A stretch of DNA of 64,000 nucleotides from Lophium mytilinum (taxonomy: Eukaryota). The first letter of the stretch is position 1. Each line of letters starts with the position of its first letter. The stretch is taken from the NCBI GenBank assembly GCA_010093605.1, contig MU004186.1, positions 2,212,616-2,276,615 of the forward strand. Reading direction: 5' to 3'. This document shows positions 1 through 11,023 of this stretch, in pieces. Under the pieces are notes generated by a model. The model was given only the letters and a program-made list of their open reading frames with translations. It made no database searches and had not been told where the DNA came from. A program made the position numbers and the translations under genes.

Positions 1-1045
1 TTGACGCTATACAACGAAAGTCAGGTTCTCCATTCTTGCTTTGGGATAAGATGTTCGACAACGAGATGAACTCTCTAGTAATCGACACGAGGCAAAACTA
101 TGAGGCAACGATGTATAAACTAGCGTTGAAGACTGGATACTACGACTTCACCGCTGCGAGAGACTTCTACCGGGAGGCCACTAAGGCTGCTGGTCTAGGA
201 ATGCACGAGGATCTCGCGAGGCGATTCAGTAAGTATCCCTTTGATTTTTCTCGATAATCCCGCCACTAACGCCCCCCTAGTTGAACTCCAAGCCCTTCTT
301 CTCACTCCAATTGCTCCCCATTTCGCCGACTACATCTGGCAGGAGGTCCTGAAGAAGGACGAGACCATCCAAAATGCTCTCTTCCCCAAAGTCCAAGAGC
401 CGATTCCAGGCCTCACCGCCGCCCGCGAGTACGTTCGCACAACATCGTCAAACATCACCTCCGCGGAAGGTGCTCAAGTGAAACGACTGGCGAAGGGCAA
501 GACTGCTTTGTTCGACCCCAAAAAAGGTCAGCCCTCCAATTGTTCCGTCTGCATTCTGCAGATGCCCTCCATGATTAGTAATGGTAATGATGCTAACTGA
601 TCCTTTCCCTAAAGACAAGAAAATCACAATCTTCGCCGCAACCGCATACCCTGCTTGGCAAACCAAATACATCGACCTCGTCCGCTCCTCCTACCCTGCC
701 CTTGATATCAAGTCCATTTCGAAGTCTGTCGACAAGGCCGAAAGCAAGAAGGCTATGCCGTTCATCAACGGCCTCAAGCGTCGCCTCGATAACGGCGAGG
801 CGGCTGAGTCTGTTCTGAATCGCAAACTGGAGTTCGATGAGTTGGACACGTTGAAGGCAATGGTGCCCGGCTTGAAGCAGACAATTAGGCACTGCAAGAT
901 TGTGGAGATTGTGAGTGTGAATGAGGGAGGCCAGAGTGGGACGGTAGTAGTAGGAGAGGGCGAGGAAGAGAAGCGGGAGGGACTGCCGCAGAATGCGGCC
1001 GGTGCGGAGCCGGGAAGTCCGAACTTCTTGTTTGAGAATATTTGA
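1..1045 (+). CDS. CDC60: Cytosolic leucyl-tRNA synthetase, C-terminal part (5' truncated by window)
   Basis: Anticodon-binding/C-terminal LeuRS motifs (YKLALKTGYYDFTAARDFYRE; LLLTPIAPHFADYIWQEVL; AEPGSPNFLFEN). Introns 229-280 and 527-614 (GT...CTAAC...AG) join the ORFs 36..257, 241..600 and 581..1045. Confidence 0.93.
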
Positions 1046-3524
1046 GGGTGAGAGGGGCTTGTGAGGGAGTCTGTGGTGTGTCTCTAAAACTGTTGCTGGT
1101 GCTGTAGGTAGGGGCGTCCCTAATTGAGGCGTGAAGGCATAGGGAGTGATTAGGGTATCAAAGAAATGAAGAAATAAACTTGCTAAATGGAGATAGGTGA
1201 TCCCTGACCCTGTGACGTTTCTGGGACAAATTAGGTTCCTTGGAGGCCACAGCGAATATGCCAGGACCAGCATCCTGCATTCTACAACCTGCATCCACAG
1301 CCGGCACCCGCAGTGACGGGAGCCTCCATCCCACCAGATGCGTATGCCGGGATCTGCATCTGTATCCATCCACAATCTGAAACGTGCACCTGCGGCTTGC
1401 ATCCACGACGGGCATCTCTCCCTGTAAGATCATAGGTCGAAAACACGTGGGAGTCACATGACGTGAGGATCCGGAAGGTATATAAACACCTTCCTGCTTT
1501 TCAACCATGGAGCAACGGGAGGGATGGGAAACAAAAAACAGTACTACCAAAGTTCGATAATGGTCCTTTGGGGTTCGTGCTGTCAAAATCATGAACGGAA
1601 GGAAACATTTGATGGTACTGGAGGGAAATCAACACTGCATCGAACCAATCGCGAATGGTGTCTACTGCAAAACTAGGCTCGCAGTGCCCAATGTGGGGGA
1701 GGGGTGGTTGCATTCTACTCCATGATTTCTATCTCTTTGGTCCGCTGCTGGATAACACCAACAGGAAACCTGGCCCGCTGTCGCCATCAATACCGTGTGT
1801 ACAGGGGCATCAGGGAGGAGGATGAAGAGCATCATTGGATGAATGCAATACACCACTTGAACCTCCCGCATTGCCGGCACGCCACATCAGGATATACTTC
1901 ATTCTCTTTTTGACCCAACAACCAGCCAAATCAGGCCACATGTAATGCGATCACCCTGTCGGTTTGATCCACCCCAATTTCCAAGCCATAAGAGAGGTTG
2001 TACGTCCATTTCATCCACCCCAAAGCCTCCCAAAGCTCATACCGTTTCGCCTTGTTGATTCCCCATCTCAGGTTGCCCGCCCTTGGAAGAAAGCATGCAG
2101 AGCTGCTGAGGAAGTTTTATACCGAGAGGGAAGTCGGGGTCACGTGGATTCGGCGTAGGTCACGAGACGGTTAGTCTTCTGGCGGTCGAGCATGGGGATC
2201 GTGCGCCCAGTCCTACACGTGCTTGGAGAATGAAGTGAGCAAGATGGGAAAGATCAGGTAGAGGTCACAACAGGTTCTTTCTCGTTCATCGAGACTGCTT
2301 CCCTCACGAGCACCTACTTCGCTAAACACATACCCTCATGAATAGCTAAGAGGAAATACCGTCACTGCTTTACTCCCACAAGAATTAAGAGATTTTCTGT
2401 TGTTGACCAACACGGTATAGACAGACAGTCCTCACATACTCTCCTAGGTGGTCCAAGAGAACGACCGCACTGCTGTTCACCACGTCCCATTAACGATACC
2501 TCTGCTCACCAAGAACAGCTATTTGCAAAAGCTTCACAGTAACCTCCTCTTACCAGGAGTGCTCACCACCGTCCCATCTCGCTGCTGTCAATCACCAAAA
2601 TCGCGCACTCCCACTCCCATTGCACTCTTCCGCTCGTTGTTTTCCCATCCCCCATACAAGCTTTGTTGCTTTCGGTTTTGCACTCCCAACGCACCAGCGA
2701 CATTAGTCTCAACCACTCGTTATGATCAAGCCATGTTTTTAGCGTACTGACGTTGTTGATGTCTCCAAACTCTCTACTCTGCTCAGCCGTCAAAGCCGAA
2801 GAGAAGTATTTGTACCCCGACCCCGCTGCGAGGTTGTGTCACGTTCCCAGTCACGAGTGTTGCTCCTAGGCACGAGACAGGTCTAAACAGAGCAATCTAC
2901 TTTTTGGTGGATTAGAAGACTGAGATGAGAACGGTGTGGTATAGTCCCTTCCTTTCCACCTTATTCCATAACGAGTTGAGTAGTATCTGTGTGCGTGGGT
3001 AGGTAGAGGAAATCCAAATCAGGGGTTTCTTGAAAATTCAAGATACCAAGCAAGCATTCAAAAAAGACTTAAGAGACAAACTAAACAAACCCGTTCGCGT
3101 AGAAAGAGAGAAAAATAGGGTATCACAGGCTCCAACGAGTTCGCAGGCCATAGCATTCATAGAAGACGAAGACCACGCGCATGAGTGCCAGGTTTACTAC
3201 TAGCCTCGCTTGCTATAGATAATTGTCACAGGCCAGTAAAAATTTCCTCTCCCCTCCAGAGAATTTGCTATATACTGTAAGATACGAAGATTCGCATACT
3301 TTACTAAGGTTGCGAACGCCCCCTGGGCAAGGACCCCCGTTGCTTGCCACTTACTAACGACTCAATAGTTCGAGGTGAGTGATACCTAGAGACCACTGAT
3401 CGCAGTTGACTGGTGGTGGCGAGGTGTTCGTGGAAATGTCTCGAAGAGGCCGCCAGGCGGCCACTGCAGCGGGAGAGGTGACGCGATTCACTTAGATTTA
3501 GGGGGCTCGAGGTGTATATAAGAA

Positions 3525-3650
3525 GGACGAGCTTAATTACCACCCCCCTATTCTCTCTATAGCCCCCCCCTTTTCTCTTTCTAGCCCCCCCCCTACTTTT
3601 AGCCTAGCTCCGGCCCGTATTAATATTATTCCACTAATTAAACTTACTTA
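3525..3650 (+). repeat. Left terminal inverted repeat of MULE
   Basis: Reverse complement of 6470-6595; the few differences are C>T/G>A transitions (e.g. ctctctat vs ctctccgt, tattatt vs tattgtt). Confidence 0.92.
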
Positions 3651-5790
3651 TTTAACTTTATAGAAGGCTGCGTAAAATAGTAAGTATATATTATAAAATA
3701 GAAAGGCTATAGTATACTAGCTATTAAAAGTCTATTTACTCTATCTATTAAAGCTAGTCTATAAGTAGAAGGCGCCTAGATAGCCGCCGTCTAATTACTA
3801 GCTAAAAGGAACGCTAACTAGGCCTATATACTATAGCCTTATACCTAAATATTCTCTAGTTTCTTTACTATAGGTAGCCTCTTTCTTAGGTATAGATATA
3901 GGGGCATTCTTAAAGCCTAGTTAGCTATTAGAAACTAAGAAAATTAAGCTCTAAGTAGCTACTAGAGTGCCTATTTATCTAATAGAGTAATTTAGTACTA
4001 TATTATTAAACTATAGAGGACTATTTAATACTATAATAGTTTACTTAACTACTAGTATACCTATAGAGATACCTATTATAGTAATTTAGCTAGCCTATAT
4101 TTTAATCTATATTAATTAAGTTAGTTTCTATCTATCTATATTACTTTATATTTTATATATACTATCTATATAAATAGTAGTCTTATATACTTACTATAGA
4201 TATAATATTTCTCTATATAATTCTAGCCCTCTACTATATTAGCGCGCGCGCTAAGCTATACTTACTAGATTCTATTAAGTATTATATTTAAATTAAGATA
4301 GATTATACTAAGTTATATTTATAGGCATATAAATACAGCTATAGCTATAGCTATAGCTATAGCTACGCGTTATTTAATAAGGTCTAGCTAAGCCTATTAG
4401 ATATTCTTTTTAGCGCAGTATAATAGCTAGAGCCTTAATAAGAAGAAAAGAATCTATAGATAGATTTACCTTATTTAGAATAGAATATTTAAACTACTAG
4501 TACTAATAAATATTCTCTAGAATAATAGTATATATAGAGGTTACTATAGCATATAGTTTTTAGTATATTTTATAATAGTATAGTATACTATATATCCCCC
4601 TAAATATTCTATTATATACTAGATTAAAATTATTATCTTTTACCTTCTTAATCTAGCTAGTAAGTAGCCTTAGGCTCTACTTTATAACCTTCTAAATAAT
4701 CTTATTAAATTTAGGTAGCTTTACCCTATACTATAGAGCTCTATATTAGCAGCTAAGCTAGTTCTTTAGCTCTATACTCTAGTAGTAAATATATTAAAAG
4801 AGAAGGGTAACTATATTATAGAGGTTACCTATAGAAATCTAAAGATAGAACTTAATACTACTATTTAAGCCCTCTAGGCGTAAGGTTATAGTATTTCTAA
4901 AGTGCAGTAGAAGAGTAGTATAGTACTTAGTAATCTACTATTAAAAGGCTACTACTCTTTAGTAAGGTAATTAACTAGGCCTTATTTATTTATATAATCT
5001 TCTTCTATCTTCTTTTAAGTAGCTTTAAACGTAAGCCTTATAGGTTTTATAAGATAGAAATTAAACTTATTAATAAACTTTTTTCTATCTCTCTATATAG
5101 CTTCTATCTTAGCTACTATTAGATTTTAAGAGGCTCTACTACTAAGGTTAATTATATTTACTACTTTCTATTTATCTTTCTTCTAAATAGCTATAGCCTT
5201 ACTAGTAATATTCTTTTATATATACTATTTATATAGAATTTAAAAAATAGTAGAAAAAAACTTAGCTAGTATATTCTTAAGTATAAGTTCTTTATCTATA
5301 ATAAAAACGCCTAGTAAAACACCTAGGCGCTAGTATATAAGGTAAAGCTTGCGCACTATAAAGATATAGTTTTTCTCTTCTTTCTCTAGAAGAAAATAAT
5401 AGCTAAGCTTATAGTTCTTACTCTAATTATTAATACTATTAATATAGAGAAGTAGCATTTTAAAGTAATTAGTTTTATAGATGTAATTAAGAAGAATAAT
5501 ATCTAGATAGTATTAAAATATCTTAATACTCTAAGGATATATAAAGTATAGATACTTAACCTAGTTTACTTTATCTAGCTTATATTTATAGTAGTAATAA
5601 GCGTCTAGGTTATTACTACTATATTTTTTAAGTACTTTAAGTATAGCCTAAGTTAGAGTAAGCCTCTTAAGCTTCTTTTTCTTCTAGTTTTATCTCTTAT
5701 TATATAGGTTCTATATTATTACTTTCTTACTCTTAGTAAGTAGGTTATTAAAGATAGTACCTATAGGGGTGCCTCTATTAAGTTAATTAT

Positions 5791-5992
5791 TATCACGGAC
5801 TACGAGAGGCAAGGCACGGAGCACGGTGTTGAGCAAGGAACAGGGTGTATTTACGAAGACGAAGTCGCGTGGAGGTGGAGGTTCCACGCGGCGCAGGCTA
5901 AATACAGGCTGGAGGTGCGAAACCGCGCTAGCGCACGGGCTCACGTGACGTAGCCGAGGGCACGTGACATGTGCGGAGCTGGATCCGTCACA
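5791..5992 (-). mobile_element. Solo LTR of an LTR retrotransposon nested in the MULE
   Basis: 202-bp GC-rich island inside the AT-rich element. Ends TATCACGGA (TG>TA) ... TCCGTCACA form an imperfect inverted repeat. 5-bp TSD ATTAT at 5786-5790 and 5993-5997. Orientation inferred from TATA-like and polyA-like motifs on the minus strand. Confidence 0.8.
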
Positions 5993-6469
5993 ATTATAAA
6001 TACTTTAAATTATTTTCTTATTTAGATCTTAATATATAGCTAGAGTACTATTCTCTAGGTTAAATAGGTTATAATTATAAGTAGAAACCTTAACTTTAAA
6101 GAACTAATTACCTAGCTATAGGTCTCTTATAAAGACGCCTTTTATAGGGTAATTATACTTCTTAGTATAAATTCTCTTCTTTCTATTAGCCGGCTTATAG
6201 ATACCTATATAATTATAATAAATAAGTACTTTACGCACCTAAGGGGGCGTACGCTTATCTATTTTATTTCTATGCTAGATAATTATATACCCTTTCTACT
6301 TAGCCTAAGTATTAATAGACTTTATACCCTCCTCTATAGAGGCGTGGCGGCCCTAGAAGGGCGGCCGTAAAAGTATAGTATTAAAGTAATAATATAAAGA
6401 AAGTAGTATTAATATATTAAGAGTAAGTGCGCGGCTATTATAAATTTAAATTAAGTATAAGAGGGTAAG

Positions 6470-6595
6470 CAAGTAAGTTTAATTAGTGGAACAATATTAA
6501 TACGGGCCGGAGCTAGGCTAAAAGTAGGGGGGGGGCTAGGAAGAGAAAAGGGGGGGGCTACGGAGAGAATAGGGGGGTGGTAATTAAGCTCGTCC
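6470..6595 (-). repeat. Right terminal inverted repeat of MULE
   Basis: Ends ...GGTGGTAATTAAGCTCGTCC, followed by the TSD TATAAGAA. Confidence 0.92.
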
Positions 6596-6603
6596 TATAA
6601 GAA
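6596..6603 (+). promoter_or_regulatory. TATA-like element (TATAAGAA; pre-insertion site GTATATAAGAA) ~140 bp upstream of the 6743 ATG
   Basis: Followed by a pyrimidine-rich tract and a CA-rich leader typical of fungal core promoters; it is also the MULE TSD. Confidence 0.55.
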
Positions 6604-6742
6604 AGGTTTTTTCCCTCTCTCTTCTTCATCATACAGCAACCACTCTTTCCACACCACCACATCTGACAGCATCCGCAACCCCTCAAACCCCTCGAACCCA
6701 AACCAACTTCTATTCACTCCAAAGCTACCCATTCTTAGCAAA

Positions 6743-7573
6743 ATGGCTACCAACACCAACTTCATCCTACCCGAGAGGACCCAAGCGTTCATCAACGCGC
6801 TCCCGGCAGCGGTCTTCAAGGCCGAGCTCCGATCTTCCCTCGAGTCTTCTGAGTCCAAGAACCTCGACCCGTCCTCTCCCATCTGGGAGAAACTCCACCC
6901 CCTCGTCAAGCAGGCCGTCCTGGATGACGCAAACAACCTCGCTGCCAGCGCAGCCCATATACTCCACGAAGCTGACCCGACTCTTGTCCTTGAGGCTCGC
7001 AAGGAGCCGAAGACATTCGCCCGCTTCCAGACTAAAACCTCTTTCGGAGGGTACGACAAGCACGGGAACCCCTCTGACTCCGCCTGGAAGGCGGTGAACG
7101 ACTTCATCTCGTTCTGCATCCCGACTCGTATCCCGGATATGGTCAGCAACGTGCAGCGTCTCGTGGCAGCGGTCGCTGCGAACGGCGGCAAGTGGTACGT
7201 CAAGCCCGACAAGAATGGCGGCCAGGTGTGCCTGGAAGACGGCAAGGACGGCAACCCGAAGGACCTGTGCTGCTTCGTGTACGCATACCTCCCGGCCATT
7301 GGGTATGTCGTCGAGGTGCAGGTGAACCATCCGTTCGCCTCCTTCACCTTTGAGCGGGACTCCCTGCTCCGCGATAGCCCGGAGCTCAAGGGGAAGCTGG
7401 TTGACATGTGGGACGAGGGGCTCTACGGAGCTGTTCGAGATACGCTGCTCTGTCCTGAGGAATCTTCGGAGGGGGACAAGGCCGCCGTGCGGGAGAAGGT
7501 GGCTAAGGCATATGCCACGAAGACGCAGGATGCTGCTCTCTTTGAGATCTTGGATGCGGAGAAGCTTATGTAG
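6743..7573 (+). CDS. Intronless 276-aa protein, putative RelA/SpoT-like nucleotidyltransferase-fold protein
   Basis: Clean single ORF with good start context (caaaATGG) and strong GC3 bias. Motifs PK(90)TFAR(94)FQTK(98), ND(120)FISFC and YVVE(191)VQVNH occur in the order and spacing of RSH synthetase motifs. The gene itself is confident; the function is tentative. Confidence 0.6.
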   Translation: MATNTNFILPERTQAFINALPAAVFKAELRSSLESSESKNLDPSSPIWEKLHPLVKQAVLDDANNLAASAAHILHEADPTLVLEARKEPKTFARFQTKTSFGGYDKHGNPSDSAWKAVNDFISFCIPTRIPDMVSNVQRLVAAVAANGGKWYVKPDKNGGQVCLEDGKDGNPKDLCCFVYAYLPAIGYVVEVQVNHPFASFTFERDSLLRDSPELKGKLVDMWDEGLYGAVRDTLLCPEESSEGDKAAVREKVAKAYATKTQDAALFEILDAEKLM

Positions 7574-7932
7574 AGCATCGAGTGGAGAGGGAGAAAGCCA
7601 GGAAGCATCTTCCGGTGAGGGGGTGAGATGAGATGAAGTAGATTTTTCCTTTATCGTGATTGCTTGTGCTAGCCTCTGGATAGGCTATATAGCTAAGGGC
7701 TCCGGATGAAGGCGATTCGATACCTGGGTTGACAGCTGGCAAGCTGTCTTCGATTGAGATGGTGTTAGAATCTAAAATAGCTACTTCAATGCAATGGAAG
7801 CAATTCAAACTCCACTTATGGACTACGCTTATGAACCAACGTGGCGTCATGAGAGAATGATACCGGTCAAGACCTCGACTTATGATGTGATTAGCTGGCT
7901 GACCACAGTTCGTCACGATGATGACTAGTTGT

Positions 7933-10900
7933 TTATAGCATTAGAAGCATCCAAGAAATTCCGCTCATCCAGTATAATAGCCTCTGGGTAACACTCATCT
8001 GTCCCGAAACCGCGTTACCCGTATACATCGCCACACCCGATATCGTTCCGGCCGCAGCGCTCCCCGTAGGACGGCTGGACGGAAACTCTGTAGTAGTGTC
8101 GTCGTCTTCAATTTTCGTAGCGGAGGGAATAGACAGTGGCTGTGGCTGTGGCTGCGAGTTTGTTTGAACAGATGCTATAATTTGCACCCCAAACACCGCC
8201 CCATCAGAGCCAGCTGAAAGGATATATACGTCATTTCCGTCGGTGACAGTCTGCATTGCCCCGCCCGGTACTGCAGAGATGGCGATCGTTCTCGTCCCTG
8301 TCGGATCTAGGATCACGAGCCCAGATGGGCCAAGGCTGAATGTCTGACCGGCGGTGGTGAGAACGGGGTCGTGGAGCATCAGCGTTAGAGAGGGGTCCAA
8401 AATTAGCGGCATAGCCGAGGGCTCAACCGCAAAAGGCAGTGAGATAGTCGAAATACCGACTATAAGGCCTCCCCTAGTACCCAGGGACACAGCTGTGCCA
8501 TCAACTGTGATAGGCGGTGCGCCGGGTATGAGGGTGTGAGATCCAACCATTACAGCCGAGTTCGTGGGATCGAGGAAAAGAGGTTGCGTCCCTATCGTCG
8601 TGATTGGATCCGCAGATTGGGATGCAAGCTGTGGTACAATAAGCGTCGAGCCCCTGACTACTACTACACCGCCAGGACCCAAAGAGATAGGCGTGCCGTC
8701 GATGGTAGTAGGCGGTGCGCCAGGGGATAAGGTGTGTGATCTGATTATTACGGCCGAGTTCGTGGGATCGAAGAATAGAGTTTGCGTCCCTATGGTCGCT
8801 ATTGGGTCTGCAAGAAGGCTTGTATGCTGTGGTACGCCAAGCGTCGAGCCTCCGATAGTCACTAATCCACTCGTACCGAAGGAGACAGGTGTGCCATCGA
8901 TAGTGGTAGGTGCCGCAGCACGCGTGAGCTCATGGGTCCCGATAATGATACCCGAGTTTTCGGGATCGATGACTAGTGTTTGCGTACCCACCGTCGCTAC
9001 CGGAGCATGTGGTATCGTTGTCGGATCTCCTAGCGACGCTGGCGGATCGTACGATCCAGAAGACATGGTTGATACAGCGACCGGATCTTTCCTTGTGTTC
9101 TGGGGAAGTGGTGTCCCAATCGACTGAACCGGCTCTGCCGTCGATGTAGCCACGGGCGTGCTCTTCGTCGTGTATCCAACATTCGATTTCGCGGACGAGA
9201 AGCCACCCCCAGCTCCAATCGACTGCACACGCACAGGAGGATCGTTGACATATCCGATAAGGAATTCGCAATCCTGCCACTCCTCTTTCAGCGTCATGAC
9301 CTGTGTCGGCATCGATAGGTGAGGATGGTAATCGCCCGGGATGATGGTGGAATAGAGCTCTCCATCAGAGCCCCAGTCTCGGTCCTGGCCTTGCCATGTT
9401 ATCAACGGCACGGGGTCCACCAAGTCGGCGAAGTTGAAAGACCAGACGAATGGGCTGTTGCCGTTGCGGTAGCTGGAGACGTCAGAGCTGTGAAGGGTGA
9501 CGACGGCATTGGTGAGGATGGGGCCAAGGGTGTGTCTTGCACCGTCCTCGGCCCAAATAAGGGGGTAGCGAATGTAGGCACTGTTGGCCCAGAATGTAGT
9601 ACCAGACAAAATTACACTAGGCTGGTTGGCTGTCTCAATGTGCGTGACTAGTTAAGACCAGGGAGATTAGTTGGAGGTTAGAGTGGAGGCTGGTTTTGAA
9701 GGATGAAAGGTACCTACCTGGAGCAGTGGCGGAGGAACTTGGTATGGCTCCTTTCAATTTGCCGGGGTTTGTAAGTGTTGTGGCGCACAGGTTTCGAGAT
9801 ACGTTGGTCGTGATTTCCCAATATATCAGCTCAACGAGCGCCCCGGGATCTACTTGTGTTCAGCGCTGCACCTCTCTGAAAAAGGGTAAGAGCTTACTGA
9901 TAACGCAATATTGGCCCTTTGTTATCGGATTGGAATTAGGATCGAGATGTTTGGAGCACGCTGGGTTACTAGGTTGTGTTAACGGCAAGGGTACCGTAGC
10001 GATGAAGGTATTGCAAAACGATGGCAAAACCTCGTGAGAATATGCCGCTGATGCACAACTATAGGACTGCCAGAGAAAATCGCAATCGGCCTTGCGAATT
10101 TTGCAGTTTGGTGTGGCCAATGTTAAAATTGGACCAACGGTATCCGGTGTGCGTGTCATTGTCTTTGTTGGCATAGAGGATGTAGCCACACAGACTCCTG
10201 GACACATCTCTGAGCAAAGTGTTGTATATAGAGTCTCGATGAAGACATCTGGTTGGGTGTTGTATGAGAAGCCGTCTATTAGAGTAGTCGCGCTGAAGAG
10301 AAGATCGTATAGCGCGAAGGTTGCGGAGGTATACGAGCGCCACAAAAGATCGCAACTACTGGCATAGAGTATTCCTAAATAGGTTCAGCACGCGTACATA
10401 ACTCAGCTAATGATACATACCTGTACCGTGAGACGCAATACTTGGAGAAGAGAGTTGCTTAGTAGAAACCCCAAACGACGCGTTGAAGTTCAAACTACCC
10501 GACGAATGGGCACTTGACAGGGTGTTAGTTCTTGCGGTCGTGATATTCCTGATCGACCGAAATGTCATTACGCTCAGATTGCCGGCGTCTTTCGAGGATA
10601 ACCTAGGGGGAAGTAATGGCTCTGGTGTTATATAGATGTCGCTGAAATGGCCATCTGAGATAGGAGTAGTGGAGTCAGAAGAAGAAGCAGGTGATAGTCC
10701 AGGTGGTGTGAAGACACAGGGAAACCCGTCGTCACATACAACAGCAGTTGATGCGGAGGATGGAGCTGAAAGAGTAATGGGATAATCGCTTGAAGAAGCA
10801 TCGGCAGCGATGCTTCTGTCCTGATCCTTCACGTCACGAAGCTCTCGCGCAATATGATCGTCGAGATGTGACGCTACGACGTGATGATGTGTCGTGCCAG

Positions 10901-11023
10901 CTTCGGAAGAAAGACAGTCATTAGCCAGGTGTATTGTAGCGAAGAAAGGCAATCGAGAATCTACTACACACCATTACTTGCGACTAAAACTATCAACGCT
11001 AGTATTACAACAAAGCATGGCAT
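7933..11023 (-). CDS. Secreted, probably GPI-anchored Ser/Thr-rich cell-wall (adhesin/mucin-like) protein with Cys-rich N-terminal region and internal repeats
   Basis: Exon 1 encodes a signal peptide MPCFVVILALIVLVASN. About 4 introns (near 10971, 10420, 9897, 9716) join the ORFs 10407..10952, 9860..10345 and 7933..9609. Three ~66-aa repeats; hydrophobic C-terminal GPI-like tail. Confidence 0.8.
8435..9006 (-). repeat. Three tandem ~198-bp coding repeats (TIGTQTL..DPTNSAVIIGSHTL.PGAPPTTIDGTPISLG)
   Basis: GAGTTCGTGGGATCGA-like motif recurs at ~8558, ~8756 and ~8954 (198-nt period). Confidence 0.85.

Larger units (their letters stand above)
3525..6595 (-). mobile_element. RIP-inactivated Mutator-like (MULE) DNA transposon
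   Basis: ~125-bp terminal inverted repeats beginning GGACGAGCTTAATTACCACCCCCC. 8-bp direct repeat TATAAGAA at 3517-3524 and 6596-6603. Very AT-rich, TpA-rich interior. Minus strand ~4905-4830 translates HFRNTITLRLEGLNSSIKFYL*ISIGNL, a transition-mutated form of the fungal MULE transposase motif HFGNTATSRxEGxxxxxKxYLxxSTGDL. Confidence 0.88.

Noticed and set aside
2844..2856. TTCCCAGTCACGA matches part of the M13 forward primer site
   Set aside because: Only 13 nt, with no flanking lacZ or vector sequence; chance match.
6595..7407. Long antisense ORFs (270 aa, 187 aa) over the 6743 gene, considered as a possible antitoxin
   Set aside because: Typical shadow ORFs of a GC3-rich gene; no promoter evidence and the composition mirrors the sense codons.
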